64,000 nt of DNA, taken from Camelus dromedarius (taxonomy: Eukaryota). Under the pieces are notes generated by a model. It was not told the DNA's origin, did not search any database, and saw only the letters and a program-made list of their open reading frames with translations. Shown in pieces: positions 1 to 11,060 of the stretch (its first letter is position 1; every line of letters begins with the position of its first letter). The stretch spans positions 37,200,001-37,264,000 of the forward strand of contig NC_087444.1 in assembly GCF_036321535.1 (NCBI RefSeq). Direction: 5' to 3'. Made by a program: the position numbers and the translations under genes.

Positions 1-700
1 ATAACAAGCGTTGGCAAGGATGCAGAGTAACTGAAATCCTCATACACTGCTGGGGGGAATGGAAAATGGTGCAGTTACTTTGGAAAATAGTTTGGCAGTT
101 CCTAAAATGATTAAAAACATAGAGTTACTATATGACCCAGTAATTCCATTCCTAAGTATATAACCAAGAGAAATTGTCATATATTTGCACAAAAACTGGT
201 ACATGAGTGTTTATAGTAGGATAATCCATAATGGCCAAGAAGGTAGAAACAACCCAACTGTCTAGCAATGGATGGTTGGATAAACAGAATGTGGTGTATC
301 CATACAGTAGACTATCCAGCCATAAAAAAGAATGAAGTAGTGATACATGCTACACCATGGATGAACCTTGAAAACATTATGCTAGGTAAAAGAAGTCAGA
401 CACCAAAAACCATATATTGTATGATTCTATTTATATGAAATGTCCAGAATAGGCAAATCCATAGATTTCACAGAAAGTAGATCAGAGACAGAAAGTAGAT
501 TCCTGATTGCCAGGGGCTGGGGGGAGGGGGAATGAGAAGTGACAGCTAATGGGTACAGACTTCTTTTTAGGGTAATGCAAATGTCCTGGAAGAAGATAGT
601 GGGATAATTGTGCAACTTTGTGAGTATACTCAAAACCACTGAATTGTACTCTTAAAAGGGTAAATTTTATGGTATGCAAATTATATCTCAATAAAGTTGA
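1..700 (+). mobile_element. Old LINE-1 3' fragment (L1M-type), in a CES3 intron or the downstream part of that locus
   Basis: Typical L1 ORF2-end/3'UTR text (gcaaggatgcagag...ctcatacactgctgg; aaaaagaatgaagta; gaaccttgaaaacattatgct), ending in AATAAA at about 690. Subfamily not determinable by eye. Confidence 0.85.
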
Positions 701-1180
701 TATTTCTAAAATTATGGTCTGCAAATGCTGGTATAGTTGCAATCAAACCTATAGAATCAAGTTGCTGGCAGCAGTTTAAATTGGCAGAGCAATTTCAGAA
801 AGTGTTATGCCAAAGGCAATACGTAAGAAGTGGAGAGGTCTCCACGAGCGGTATGAATTACTTTCCATGGCTAATGCTTTCACCAAGGATATTTAGTAGA
901 AATCTGGTTGGCTGAACAATTTACAGTTTTGTTCTTGGAGAACAAGGCGGGTGGAGGGAACATCTGCTCCAGCTGTAGGGTGGGCAGCACTCAATTCAAG
1001 AGAAGCATCTTTGGCTACAAAGTCCTGGACATAGCACTCCACACTAGGCAGGTTTGCCCAGGTCTTGGGTACCAGCAAGGTTGGCTCTCTTTTACACTCA
1101 CAACTCCAAGTTGACAGTATCAGGGTGAGGCTGCCTATCAGAGTCCAGGGCAGTGTTTCCCCTTAACACTCTTCTGCCAT

Positions 1181-1186
1181 CACACA

Positions 1187-1247
<61 letters not shown>
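1181..1247. repeat. (CA)n microsatellite
   Basis: About 33 CA units with one interruption; produces the spurious VCVC ORF at 1098..1292. Confidence 0.98.
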
Positions 1248-1250
<3 letters not shown>

Positions 1251-1948
1251 ACTGGCCTGGAGACCCCTACAAACTTCATCTTTGAGTATCAAGATTCCTT
1301 GATGCTCTCATCCAGCAAGCATTCAGATGCCCCTCCTGGGGATGAAATCCAAAGGACTAAGTCAGAGGACAAAAGCTGTGGACATGAAGGGGTTCACTGC
1401 ACTAGTAGCTTCAGTGGTAAAAACAAGAAGCTGCCCAAGTGCTGAAATGAAGGAACATTATGATGAGACCCTTTTTTTTGTGGACAGTTTTGCAGTCATT
1501 AAATCAGTTACTGTGAAGCTGGGCAGAGTGAGAATGATAGAACAGGATGCTCAGAAGGAAAGTGCAATGCTGATGCTCTGTGTGGGGAGTTCAGTGCGCT
1601 GGAAGGCACTTGGGCTGTGACTTGCTGTCTGAAACCTGAGAGTCTTTGATGGTTAGTCTCTCAGGCAGAGTCACGCTAACCAGTCTCATAGAGCCTGATG
1701 TATCAACTAGGAACCAAAGCAGGAGTATGCCGTGGATCGACACTGCCTAGAAAGTGCAAAGATTTGGTTCTCAGGAAGGAAACATTTGCTTTCAGAAAAT
1801 TAAGCTGGGTAACCTTGAGCAAGTCCCTTAAACCTCTCAAACTCAGCTTTCTCACCTATCAAACGGAAGTGCTCAGCTTACAGGCTGTGGGAATGGTACT
1901 GGGGCAGGAGAGCACTGTCTAGGGCAGGGCATTGAAGGGCACACTCAC

Positions 1949-4900
1949 CTTGGGGATGAGCCAGCCAAACTTGTGATCGTTGACACCCAGGAGGAAGGGC
2001 ACAGAGTGGAGCTGCCTCTCCCTCAGGAGCTCATTGGGGGTCTTGGGAAAGAAGGTGCTGTCAATGGTGTAGAAAGCTGTACCCTTTTGCAGGAGAAAGC
2101 AAGTCAGAGGGCCTCCCAGTCAGGATCAAGCCTCAAAATATGGGACCCCAAAGGTCACTTGGCTGCATGTCTGAGTGGCTAAACCTTGAGGAAAGGGAGG
2201 GGATGAGGTCACTAGGGCGAGAGGACCAGTGAGGGTCGGGAGACCAGACAAGCGATGCTTCTGAGCAGTCCTCTTCCTTAGAAGACAGGCCTGCCCTTGA
2301 GGCTGGGGCAGCCCTGCCTTCATGGCGCCGGGCCTAGTTGGGCCCTCAGCCACTACCTCTCAGAGGTGGCTACCTTAAGCCTCACCCCGGACTGCAAATT
2401 GCTCTCTGCTCCCACAGGAACTGGACAGGACCCCTTCTGTGCCACTGCCCACCACTGTCCCCTAAGAGGTGGGTTTACCAACTTCTCTGCAAGCATCAGT
2501 TCCTTGCTTGACTTCTGCCGAAGGCACTGCAACATCTCAGCCAAGGAGTTAGAGCCACAGGCCAAGGAGCTGGCAAAGCTCTGGGGACAGACAAGAGTGT
2601 CTTGCCTCTCTCTCTCATCCATCATTGCCCACCTTCCAGCCCCCTGCCTCCCATAGAGAGGAGATGCATCCATAGGAGGGCTGGGGTGACGATGTTAGAG
2701 ATGGGACCTTGACACTAGCCAGACACCTGCCACCAACCCAGAGAAGCCTTCCTTGCTCACCAGCCTGGGTGGTCCCCAAGCAGCCTTTGTGTCCCCCATT
2801 ACATCATACTGTCATTATCTGTATGTGTGTTTAGGTCTCCTTTACCCTTCTGAGGAAAGTGTTATTACCAAGTTAACTCTATTCTCAGAGCCAGTGGGAT
2901 CAGTAAAGATTTGTGGAGTGAATAAGGAAATGAGATATAGTTTAGATGGGGAGGGATTCCAGCATGGGCTACTCTGGTAGGGAGGGAATGGGGGTCAGTG
3001 CTGAGGCTGGAAGCAGATCAGGGAGTCAGTAGGAAGCGAGGCTGAAGGGATAATTTCTTGGATCATGTCATACCTGGTGGCACTGATGGTTTTCTCTGAG
3101 TTCTCACAGGTTGTGTGCTTCCTTCATCCTAGTTGGTCCCTCTCTGCCAACAAGAAGCTCTCTACTGGTAAGACCTCCACTCTGGGACTCCAGGGCAAAC
3201 ACAGGGTGGGATGTGGCAGGTACAAATGGGGTAAGAGAGTGAAAGAAATGCAGACCTGAGCCAGGGGCCAGGGGTCAGAACTCAGAAATCCTGGTAAGGT
3301 GATGATTCCACTCTGTGCTATAGCTCTGTGGAACAGCCCTGCAGCCAGTGGGGACAGGACCTGGGTGCAATGTAGAGGACAGATGGCCGTCAGAAGAGGG
3401 CAGAAGATCTGGGAGGTCTGGGGCCACAGGAGACACCATCACTAGCCCCTTTGGTGACTCACCAGGGCAGAGACGATGCAGGCACCAGCAGATCCACCAA
3501 AGATGGTGACAGAGTTGAAGTCACCTCCAAAGGGGGTGATGTTCCCCTGCACCCAGCGCAGAGCAGCCACTACATCAAGGAAGCCCCAGTTGCCAGGGGC
3601 GTGCTTGTCCCCAGTGCTGGGGGTAGAGTGGGGCAGTGGTTAGGGTGGGCTGGCTCCCCTGACAAACTTTCTTCAGCCTTTGCAGGTTTGCTTTGAGCCA
3701 GCCACTAGGATGCCAGACTTTCTCCTGCTCCCCAAGTCTGGCCTGGCTATGAACCACACTTGGTATTCATATACCCAGCACGTGGAATGGGAGGGCCTGG
3801 CTAGGCCAACTGCCAGCTCTGGCTCTTAAGTGCTTGCTAAAGCTCTTTGTTCCTTGACCCCCATGCCCTGCTGGCCCCAGACCAGAAGCCAACACTTTCT
3901 TCCCAAAGGACAAAGTCCACTGAAAACTGCTGGCTTTGGTTGAGCCCCTCCCTCAGGGTGGAGCCTGGGGAAGCACCCTTCTCTGCCTCAGATATCCTGC
4001 TGGCCCAGGAGATCTTCCTTCAAGCTCCAGACCCTCACTCTAGATCCCCAGCTCCTCTCACGAGCTGGCCTCTCCTCAGTGCAGTCAATATCCTCTGCCA
4101 GGACTGCCACCTCACCTGAAGAAGCCAGGGATCCCCAGCCGGTATTGGACTGTGACCACTACCATATCCCCGTAGGCGGCCAGGGCTGAGCCATCGTGGG
4201 AAGTGGCGGCGCCAACCACGAAAGAGCCCCCATGGATCCATGCCATGACCTGCAGAGATGGCCACGGGTCAGTGACACCCCCCAGCCTATCAGGGCAGGT
4301 CATTCATGGGACCCCCGGAGTGGTTTCAGAGCAGGGATGGCAAGGTGGCAGGCCAGGCGGAGTGGGCTGGATGGACAGGGCCCTCTGGGCTGCACACCGG
4401 CCTCCCAGCCCCTGAGGTGGCCTCAGCTGGGCTGTAGATGTTGAGGATCAGGCAGTCCTCCGAAATCGGAAAGAGCTGGTGTTTTCCGTCCAGCGTAAAT
4501 CGGCTGTTGTTCATTCTCTCCACATCCTGTAGGCACCTGTGGCTGGGGAGGAGCCCGAGGGCCAATAGGTCAGCCCCACAAACCCCAGCAGCTGGACTCC
4601 CACTACTTGCTAGCTTGCCCGCCTCCACCGGGGCTCCTTACATTGCAGGGACCGTGCTGGCATCCCGCACACCCTCCCAGGACGGCGCTGGGCGTGGGGC
4701 AGAGAACTGGCTGGGCCCCAAGGGTGGCTGGGTGAACGGGATGCCCAGGAAGACATTCATGAGCCGGTCTGTGCCCTTCACACCCACCTGCCGGCTCCGC
4801 ACGCTGCCAAGGGTGGTGTCCACTTCAGGCTGAGTGATCCCTGGTCCTGAGGGCAGGACAGAGGGGCTGTGGGTGAGTGGCAGCTTCCACGAGAGGATGG

Positions 4901-5478
4901 GTGGCAGACGGAGTCACTAAAATGTTTGCTCTCTGAGCACCTCTGCCACGCCCTGTTCTGAGCCCTTAGGTGAACTTCCCCAGGCTGCCTGTGAGATGGT
5001 CTTTGTGATTACCCACCACTTCCTCCTCCCTACCCTGCATCACCACCTTTCTCCTCCAGGCCAAACTATTACTTAGAGTAAAGGAACCAAGCTCTTCTGG
5101 AACTCACAGACCTGTGGGGTGGGGGATGGGGAGTGGGCTCAGGCCTTGGGCCAGGCACTCACCCTCTCTGAACCTCAGATAGCTCACACACACACACACA
5201 CACCAGCCTGTGAGGACAGAGCCCCCGCCCAGAGAGGACATACAACCCCTGGCATTCCTCCGAATGAATGGAGGGCTCCTTCCCTGGGCAGGCTGCCCAC
5301 CCTTTCCTGTCCCTACCTCACTCTTGCCCCCTCCCCTCAAATCCTCCCACAAACCCAGAAGCTCCCACCTCTGGAGGCCCTGCAGGGGTGTCTTACCAGC
5401 GGCTGTAGCAGAGAATGGCAGGAGTAGACAGGCCACCCAGACCAGGACCCTGGACCCAGTTCTTACTGCTGCCTCCAT
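1949..5478 (-). CDS. CES3: Carboxylesterase 3, coding exons 1-8 (later exons not found in the window); probably catalytically impaired
   Basis: Exons (minus): 5478-5397, 4846-4642, 4536-4398, 4249-4116, 3616-3463, 3360-3256, 2580-2479, 2086/2083-1949; phases compatible. Signal peptide [34 protein letters not shown] oxyanion motif, GGSAG nucleophile. The acid position reads GVNDHKFGW instead of GVNNHEFSW, and the exon 8 acceptor is ctcctgcAA. Confidence 0.93.
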
Positions 5479-6316
5479 GCTCCTTGCTCACAACTGGCTG
5501 CTGGCGGAAGTGGCAGAAGGTGGAATAAGATAAAATCCCTGCCCTTTGGCACAACCAGTCTCTAAAGGGCTGCTAGGAAAACCTCAGCCTCCAGCCCCAG
5601 CTGGCTGGTGGCAGCCCTAAGAACAAGCATCTAGTGCCCAGACTTGGGGAGGGGGGAGGTGGGGCAGGGAGAGTGCCCTGCAGGGGCCTGGGTGACATGC
5701 CAGCCCAGGGCTCTGCAGCTCCAGGTTCAAGTTCCAGTCTCCTGACTCCATGACTTCTATGAGATCTTGTACACTCATTGCAAAATACACATATCACCCA
5801 CCTGAGGAAGTGGTGGCCATGACCCCAGTCAGGCCTGAGGTGGGGGTTGGTGTCTAGTCCTGCCTGCCAGGAGGTGTGTCTGAGCCCTGATGCAGGGTGG
5901 AGGGAACTGAAGTTGATACTATTTTTTTTTAAATTGAGGTTAAATTCACATAACATACAACTGACCATTATAAAGTATACAGTTCAGTGGCATTTAGTGT
6001 ATTTGCAATTTTGTGCAACTACCATATTGCTCTAGTTACAAAATACTTTCATTACCCCAGCAAAACACCCTGTACCCATTAATTAGTTACTTGCTGTTCC
6101 TACCCCTGCCCCTTACCTACCATGCCTCTCCCCACCTCCCCTGATAACCTGATAATCATTAATAAACTTTCTGCCTCTATAGATATACCTATTCTGGATA
6201 TGTCACATAAAAGCAATCATATAATATGTGAGCTTTTGTGTCTGTTTTCTTTCACTTAGCAGCATGTTTTTATGGTTCATCCAAGTTGTAGCACTTATCA
6301 GTACTTTGTTCCTTTT

Positions 6317-6407
6317 TTTTTATTTTAACGAAGGTACTGGAGATTGAACCCAGGACCTTGCGCATGCTAAGCACGCACTCAACCACTGAGCTACACCCTC
6401 CCTCCCT
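6317..6407 (-). mobile_element. tRNA-derived SINE (camelid type) with a 16-bp target-site duplication
   Basis: Reverse complement reads gagggtgtagctcagtggttgagtgcgtgcttagcatgcgcaaggtcctgggttcaatctccagtacc, with A box, B box and A-rich tail. TSD gtactttgttcctttt at 6301-6316 and 6408-6423. Confidence 0.92.
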
Positions 6408-6456
6408 GTACTTTGTTCCTTTTTATGGCTAAGTAATATTTCACCGTAGGGCTGTA

Positions 6457-6608
6457 NNNNNNNNNNNNNNNNNNNNNNNNNNNNNNNNNNNNNNNNNNNN
6501 NNNNNNNNNNNNNNNNNNNNNNNNNNNNNNNNNNNNNNNNNNNNNNNNNNNNNNNNNNNNNNNNNNNNNNNNNNNNNNNNNNNNNNNNNNNNNNNNNNNN
6601 NNNNNNNN
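6457..6608. other. Assembly gap (152 N)
   Basis: Run of N inside an L1 fragment. Confidence 0.99.
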
Positions 6609-6984
6609 TTGCCGGTGATATGGTAACTCTATGTTTAATGTTTTGAAAAATGGACAAGTTCTTTTCCATGGTGGTTAGATGATGCTCTTACAGAGCCTCA
6701 GTGCCTTGGGCTGGAGCAGCCCTGCCATGGGGCCCCAGGACTGAGGACACCCAGGGTGTATGTTGGGGTGACCTTCTCATGTAGGTAACTCTCTTGGAGG
6801 ACCCTCAGATGACAAGGCAGATGCAGGGCACTACCCTTAGGTGGCCCTGAGACTCCAGGGCAGGGAGAGCTGGGGTCTGCAGGTAGGGATGCTGGGGGTG
6901 GGTTGCGGGGAGGAAGATTCCTATTAACAACTCAAACCCCATTCCAAATCCAGGGAAGATAGGACTTAAGAGCCAGACCTCCTG

Positions 6985-7095
6985 CACTCAAATCCTGGCT
7001 CTGCCAAGTGACAGCTGTGTGACCTGGTACAAGTTATTTCACAGCTCTGGGCCTAGTTTTATCATCCATAAAACAGCGATGATAGGAGGAATTGG
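6985..7095 (+). mobile_element. MIR fragment
   Basis: caaatcctggctctgcc...gctgtgtgacctgg..caagttattt...ctctgggcctagttttatcatccataaaa resembles the MIR core. Confidence 0.75.
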
Positions 7096-7594
7096 CTCAC
7101 AGGGTCAAAGTGACGTTACATTGTGAAAACACGCAGCATGAAACCAGAGCCAGTGGGAGCCTGTTCTTGTGTCACAACGCGGTCTGTCAGGGTGTCTGTC
7201 TCCCTGCTGGTGTGGCAGACCCTCACCCAGGGAAGGGCAGGACTCACCTCTGGGCCTCAGTGTCAGGAACCTGGCTGACTGGGAGTGGAGGCGGGGGATG
7301 TGGAGGGTGTGGGGCACTGGCAAATATTTGCTAATTTGAACAGTTGGCAGTGCTGATTTGATGAGAGACAGGCTGAGGGTCGTGCCAGGACAACTTGCCA
7401 GATCCTCTCTGGGGTTCCAGCTGGCAGCTTGAGCTGGGGAGCCTTAGGGTCAAAGTTCTGTCCTGCCAAAAATAACCAGTGCAGCTTCCTGATCCTCTTT
7501 GGAAGCCTCCCTGGCGGGGCTGCTTCCTCTCCCTGAATCTTGATTCATAGGTATATGCAGGAGCTGGTGTTAGAGAGAGAGAGAGAGAGAGAAA

Positions 7595-8290
7595 CCACCA
7601 CAATGAGATACCACTACATACCCATTAAAATTAATCAAACGTAAAAGACTGATAAGACCAAGTGCTGGTGAGAATATAGAGCAATTGGAACCCGCATATA
7701 TGCTGGTGGGCATGCAAAAATGGTATAGTTGCTTTGAAANNNNNNNNNNNNNNNNNNNNNNNNNNNNNNNNNNNNNNNNNNNNNNNNNNNNNNNNNNNNN
7801 NNNNNNNNNNNNNNNNNNNNNNNNNNNNNNNNNNNNNNNNNNNNNNNNNNNNNNNNNNNNNNNNNNNNNGACTTTATTAAAAATAGACAAAAAATAGAAA
7901 TCACTCAAATGTCCATCAAGGGGTGAATGCATAAAATGTGGCATGTCATGTATAGAATACTACTCAGCAAGAAAAGAGAAGAACTACTGGCTGAATCTCA
8001 AAAACAGTGTACTAAGAGACAGAAGCCAGTAAAAAGATGATTCCATTTCTATGACACTTGGAAAAGGCAAACTATAGCGACAGAAAGCGGTTTAGTGGTT
8101 GTGTGGGTCAGGGTGAGGGCAGTGCAAAGGGTCATAAAGGAAATTTTGGAGCAACAAATGCACCCTAAAACTTAGTAGTTGTGTGTCTTATACATTTATC
8201 CAAATTTATCAAACTATACATCTAAAATGGGTGAATATGTTTGTATGTAAATTATTCTACAACAAAGCTGTTAAAAAATAAGATTACTAA
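7595..8290 (+). mobile_element. Old LINE-1 3' fragment with an N-gap at 7740-7869 (130 N)
   Basis: aaaccaccacaatgagataccactac...ccaagtgctggtgagaat...tatagaatactactcagc...gattccatttctatga. Confidence 0.85.
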
Positions 8291-8490
8291 AGCTAGTCCT
8301 AGGAATACACTTTGTGGAAGTATCCTGTGTATCTGCAGGATGAAAAATGTACAGAGGCATGCGTGCCATAAGTGCTTAATAAATGCTTTCTGGATGCAGG
8401 GGAAGCACTATGCACCAGTTAAGTGTTCACTGAAAGGAAAGCCCCTTCCCTCTCCTGAGTTGGTCGTTTCAAACTTAAGGTTATACTTTT

Positions 8491-8507
8491 CTGCCATCTG
8501 GTGGCCA
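8491..8507 (-). promoter_or_regulatory. Strong CTCF motif, reverse orientation
   Basis: Reverse complement TGGCCACCAGATGGCAG matches the CTCF core CCASYAGRKGGCRS exactly, plus the 5' TGG. Motif match only. Confidence 0.7.
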
Positions 8508-8679
8508 GAGTGGGCAATGCTGGAATCTTCATCAAGCCTCACTTCAGGAGGTTCCACAGTTGGGCTTAAACACAGCGAGACAGAAAGAAGGGGGACTTTC
8601 CTTCTGGGAAATCTAGTGCCAGAGGGTCAGAGGTGGGGAGTCCTGGGTCTATGAGAAGAGGAATGCAGCCTCTTAATGA

Positions 8680-9135
8680 CAGAGGGAAACTGCTTTGGTG
8701 GAACAAAGAGGCAGAATGAACATAATTGCTACCTTTACCTGTTGAGATAAAATATAAGAGAGGGGTTTTTGCAGGGAGAGGGTAAAGTGAGAATAAAAGT
8801 TTAGGGAAAACAATGAGGTAAGTAACGAAAATAATGTGGATGCACCCAGTGAGTTGGTGAGATAGGAGAGCAAGTGATGCTGAGCCAGGTATGGGCAGAC
8901 ATTCCCCAAAGCATCCTCCTTCAAAGGGAGAGGAGAGAGGGTGGGAAGGGAGTGGAGGTGAGGAAGGGAGGATGGGGCCAAGGGCCCAGTGGGATGTTGG
9001 GAAAGGTAAACTTCCATTGGGATTTGCCCACCCCCAGCTTTGTGGGAGGATTTATTGAGTGTGTCTAACAAGAAAGGACCCATGGCAGGCTTGGCAACTA
9101 ACATGTGGTAAGTTCTTAAATGTTTGCTGGGGGGA
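8680..9135. mobile_element. L2 fragments downstream of CES2
   Basis: Purine-rich L2-like text and L2 3'-end motifs (tttattgagt; ggtaagttcttaaatgtttgctg). Confidence 0.6.
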
Positions 9136-9141
9136 TGGATA

Positions 9142-9217
9142 GAAGAAGGAAGGAAGGAAGGAAGGAAGGAAGGAAGGAAGGAAGGAAGGAAGGAAGGAAG
9201 GAAGGAAGGAAGGAAGG
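9142..9217. repeat. (GGAA)n tetranucleotide microsatellite
   Basis: About 18 perfect GAAG units. Confidence 0.98.
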
Positions 9218-9686
9218 GCTATGCAAATGAAGGAAAAACTACTGGTTCCTCACTGGGTGTGTGTGGGCACCTCTGGCAGACCCCCACCTGCACTCAAGCC
9301 CACACCCCAACCCCTGATGCAGGAAGCTACAGTTCTGTGTGCTTCTCCTTGGCCTCCATTAGCTCCTGCATCTTCTCAGGTAGGGTCTTTGTCCAGAACT
9401 GGAGCCTGTGGGCCTTCAGGGTCCGGCCCACTACAGGCTGCATGTCCAGCTGCAGGTATTGCTCTCCTCCTGGTCAAACAGGGGCCAGTGGGGCAGACCC
9501 TCGCTGTTGGGGTTCCTGTAGACATGCCCACCCATGGAGCAGTGTGAGAGTCACTGTGAGCCCTACCAGGCCCAGACCCGAACATCCTGACTGAGGCCAG
9601 GCAAGGCAGCCAAACAGGGCTTAGGGAATGAAACAGGGAGGTTTCCAGAAGTAGGAAAGAATCTACCTCCCACCAGAGCATCAGCT

Positions 9687-9700
9687 CCACCAGGTGGCAG
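9687..9700 (+). promoter_or_regulatory. Strong CTCF motif, forward orientation, in CES2 intron 11
   Basis: CCACCAGGTGGCAG matches the CTCF core exactly. Motif match only. Confidence 0.65.
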
Positions 9701-10419
9701 AGCAGCCTGTGTTCTTTCCTGACAGAGGGAGGCTCTGTCAGTAATAGCACTGTCACCTCCCCTCCAGATGACCCAGGGATGGCATAAGTGTCCAGCATCC
9801 ATAACGCCCCTCTTTGTCCAAGAGGGTCCTGGAGCTGGGGAGAGGGCTGCCACTCAATTAAAGACATCTATGCTAATGAGGTCACCACAGACAAGGGAGT
9901 CCTGATTGGTTCAAGATACACCCCTCAACTGTGGAGGTTAAAGTAAGGATGCAACATCTCACCCATTTCGAGCAAAGTTGGCCCAGTACTTCATCATCTT
10001 CCTGCTCAGCAGCAGCTCCTCCTCAGTCATTTTGACTACAGAGCAGTAGGACAAAGGTCCTGGTCAGGGTAGCTCCAGGGCAGCATGTGGGTCATTTCGC
10101 AAACCACTCTCACCATCCCAGGTGTAGCTTTCCCCAGCCCCTCCCTGCCAGCCTAGACCTGGCTCTCTGCCTGCTCCCCAGGCCCTCTCCTCGCCCAAAC
10201 CCCATATATTCATCTCAGGCTCTGGCTGACCTGACACTAGGCTCAGGCCTGACCCAGAGGGCTCCCTTCTTCCTTCTGATACTGGAAGGGCATTTAAGAA
10301 ACAAATATGCCTTTGAAACAGCCCCCTCTGCACCCATGCCAGATACCCACAGTCAGGGTGGGGAGAGGTGGAGGGTGCATAGGTCCCTGTTCGAAAAGCC
10401 CTGTACTCCAATGTGAGCT

Positions 10420-11060
10420 CAGTCTTTCTGGCTGTCAGATCTTGGACACTTGATCCCGTCCTGTTTTGGAGCCTCAGTTTCCTCATCTGTACAGTGAGGG
10501 CAATTACCCTCTCTCAGGGACTCAGCCAGTGTACCGACTCACATCCTGGGAATGAGGGGCCTCTGAGGAAACCCGCCCAGGAAGACTCACCATAGCGGCC
10601 CCGGAAAGGGTTTCCAAAGACAAAGAGAACCTCATCTCCATGGTCTGCTTTCACATAGCTTGGCTTGATGTCCTTGGAGAAGCTGGGTTGATGCTGGAAC
10701 TCGTAGAAGTAGACAGGGGCATGGGAACCTGGGGAGGTGGGGTAGACAGGCTATGACGTGGCGGCTTCTCACCTGGAGTTTTCTTGAATTACCCATGGTG
10801 ATGACACAGCTAAATCCAAAGCTGGTTGGGATCTGGACAATGAGGCGAGGGAGCCCCAGGCGGGAGCAAGGGCAGTGGGAAGGGCCTGGGTTTAAACTGT
10901 GGCTTTGGAACTTCCTGGGGTACGGTCTTCGGCAAGTCACTGAAGGTCAGTGAACCTATTTCCTCATCTGTAAAAAGGAATAAATGTCTGTCTCTTAGAC
11001 TAGCCGTGAGGATTTACCAAGATGAAAGATATTAAGTGGCTGGCACCTGAGCCCAATAAA
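10420..11060 (+). mobile_element. Two MIR fragments in CES2 introns (about 10420-10505 and 10890-11060)
   Basis: agcctcagtttcctcatctgtacagtgagg; ggcaagtcactgaa...tttcctcatctgtaaaaagg. Confidence 0.7.

Larger units (their letters stand above)
5915..6690 (-). mobile_element. Old LINE-1 3' fragment interrupted by a SINE and an N-gap
   Basis: Reverse L1 3'UTR text (taaattcacataacatacaactgaccatt; ttcagtggcatttagt; ttttcacttagc; ttttccatggtggtt). Confidence 0.85.

Noticed and set aside
9485-9495. Suspected 1-nt deletion at CES2 L-P-H-W
   Set aside because: On recount there are four G on the plus strand, so CTG CCC CAC TGG is intact. The only frameshift is at about 9462-9465.
9124-9594. ORF with RKEG repeats
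   Set aside because: Translation of the (GGAA)n microsatellite, antisense to CES2 exon 12.
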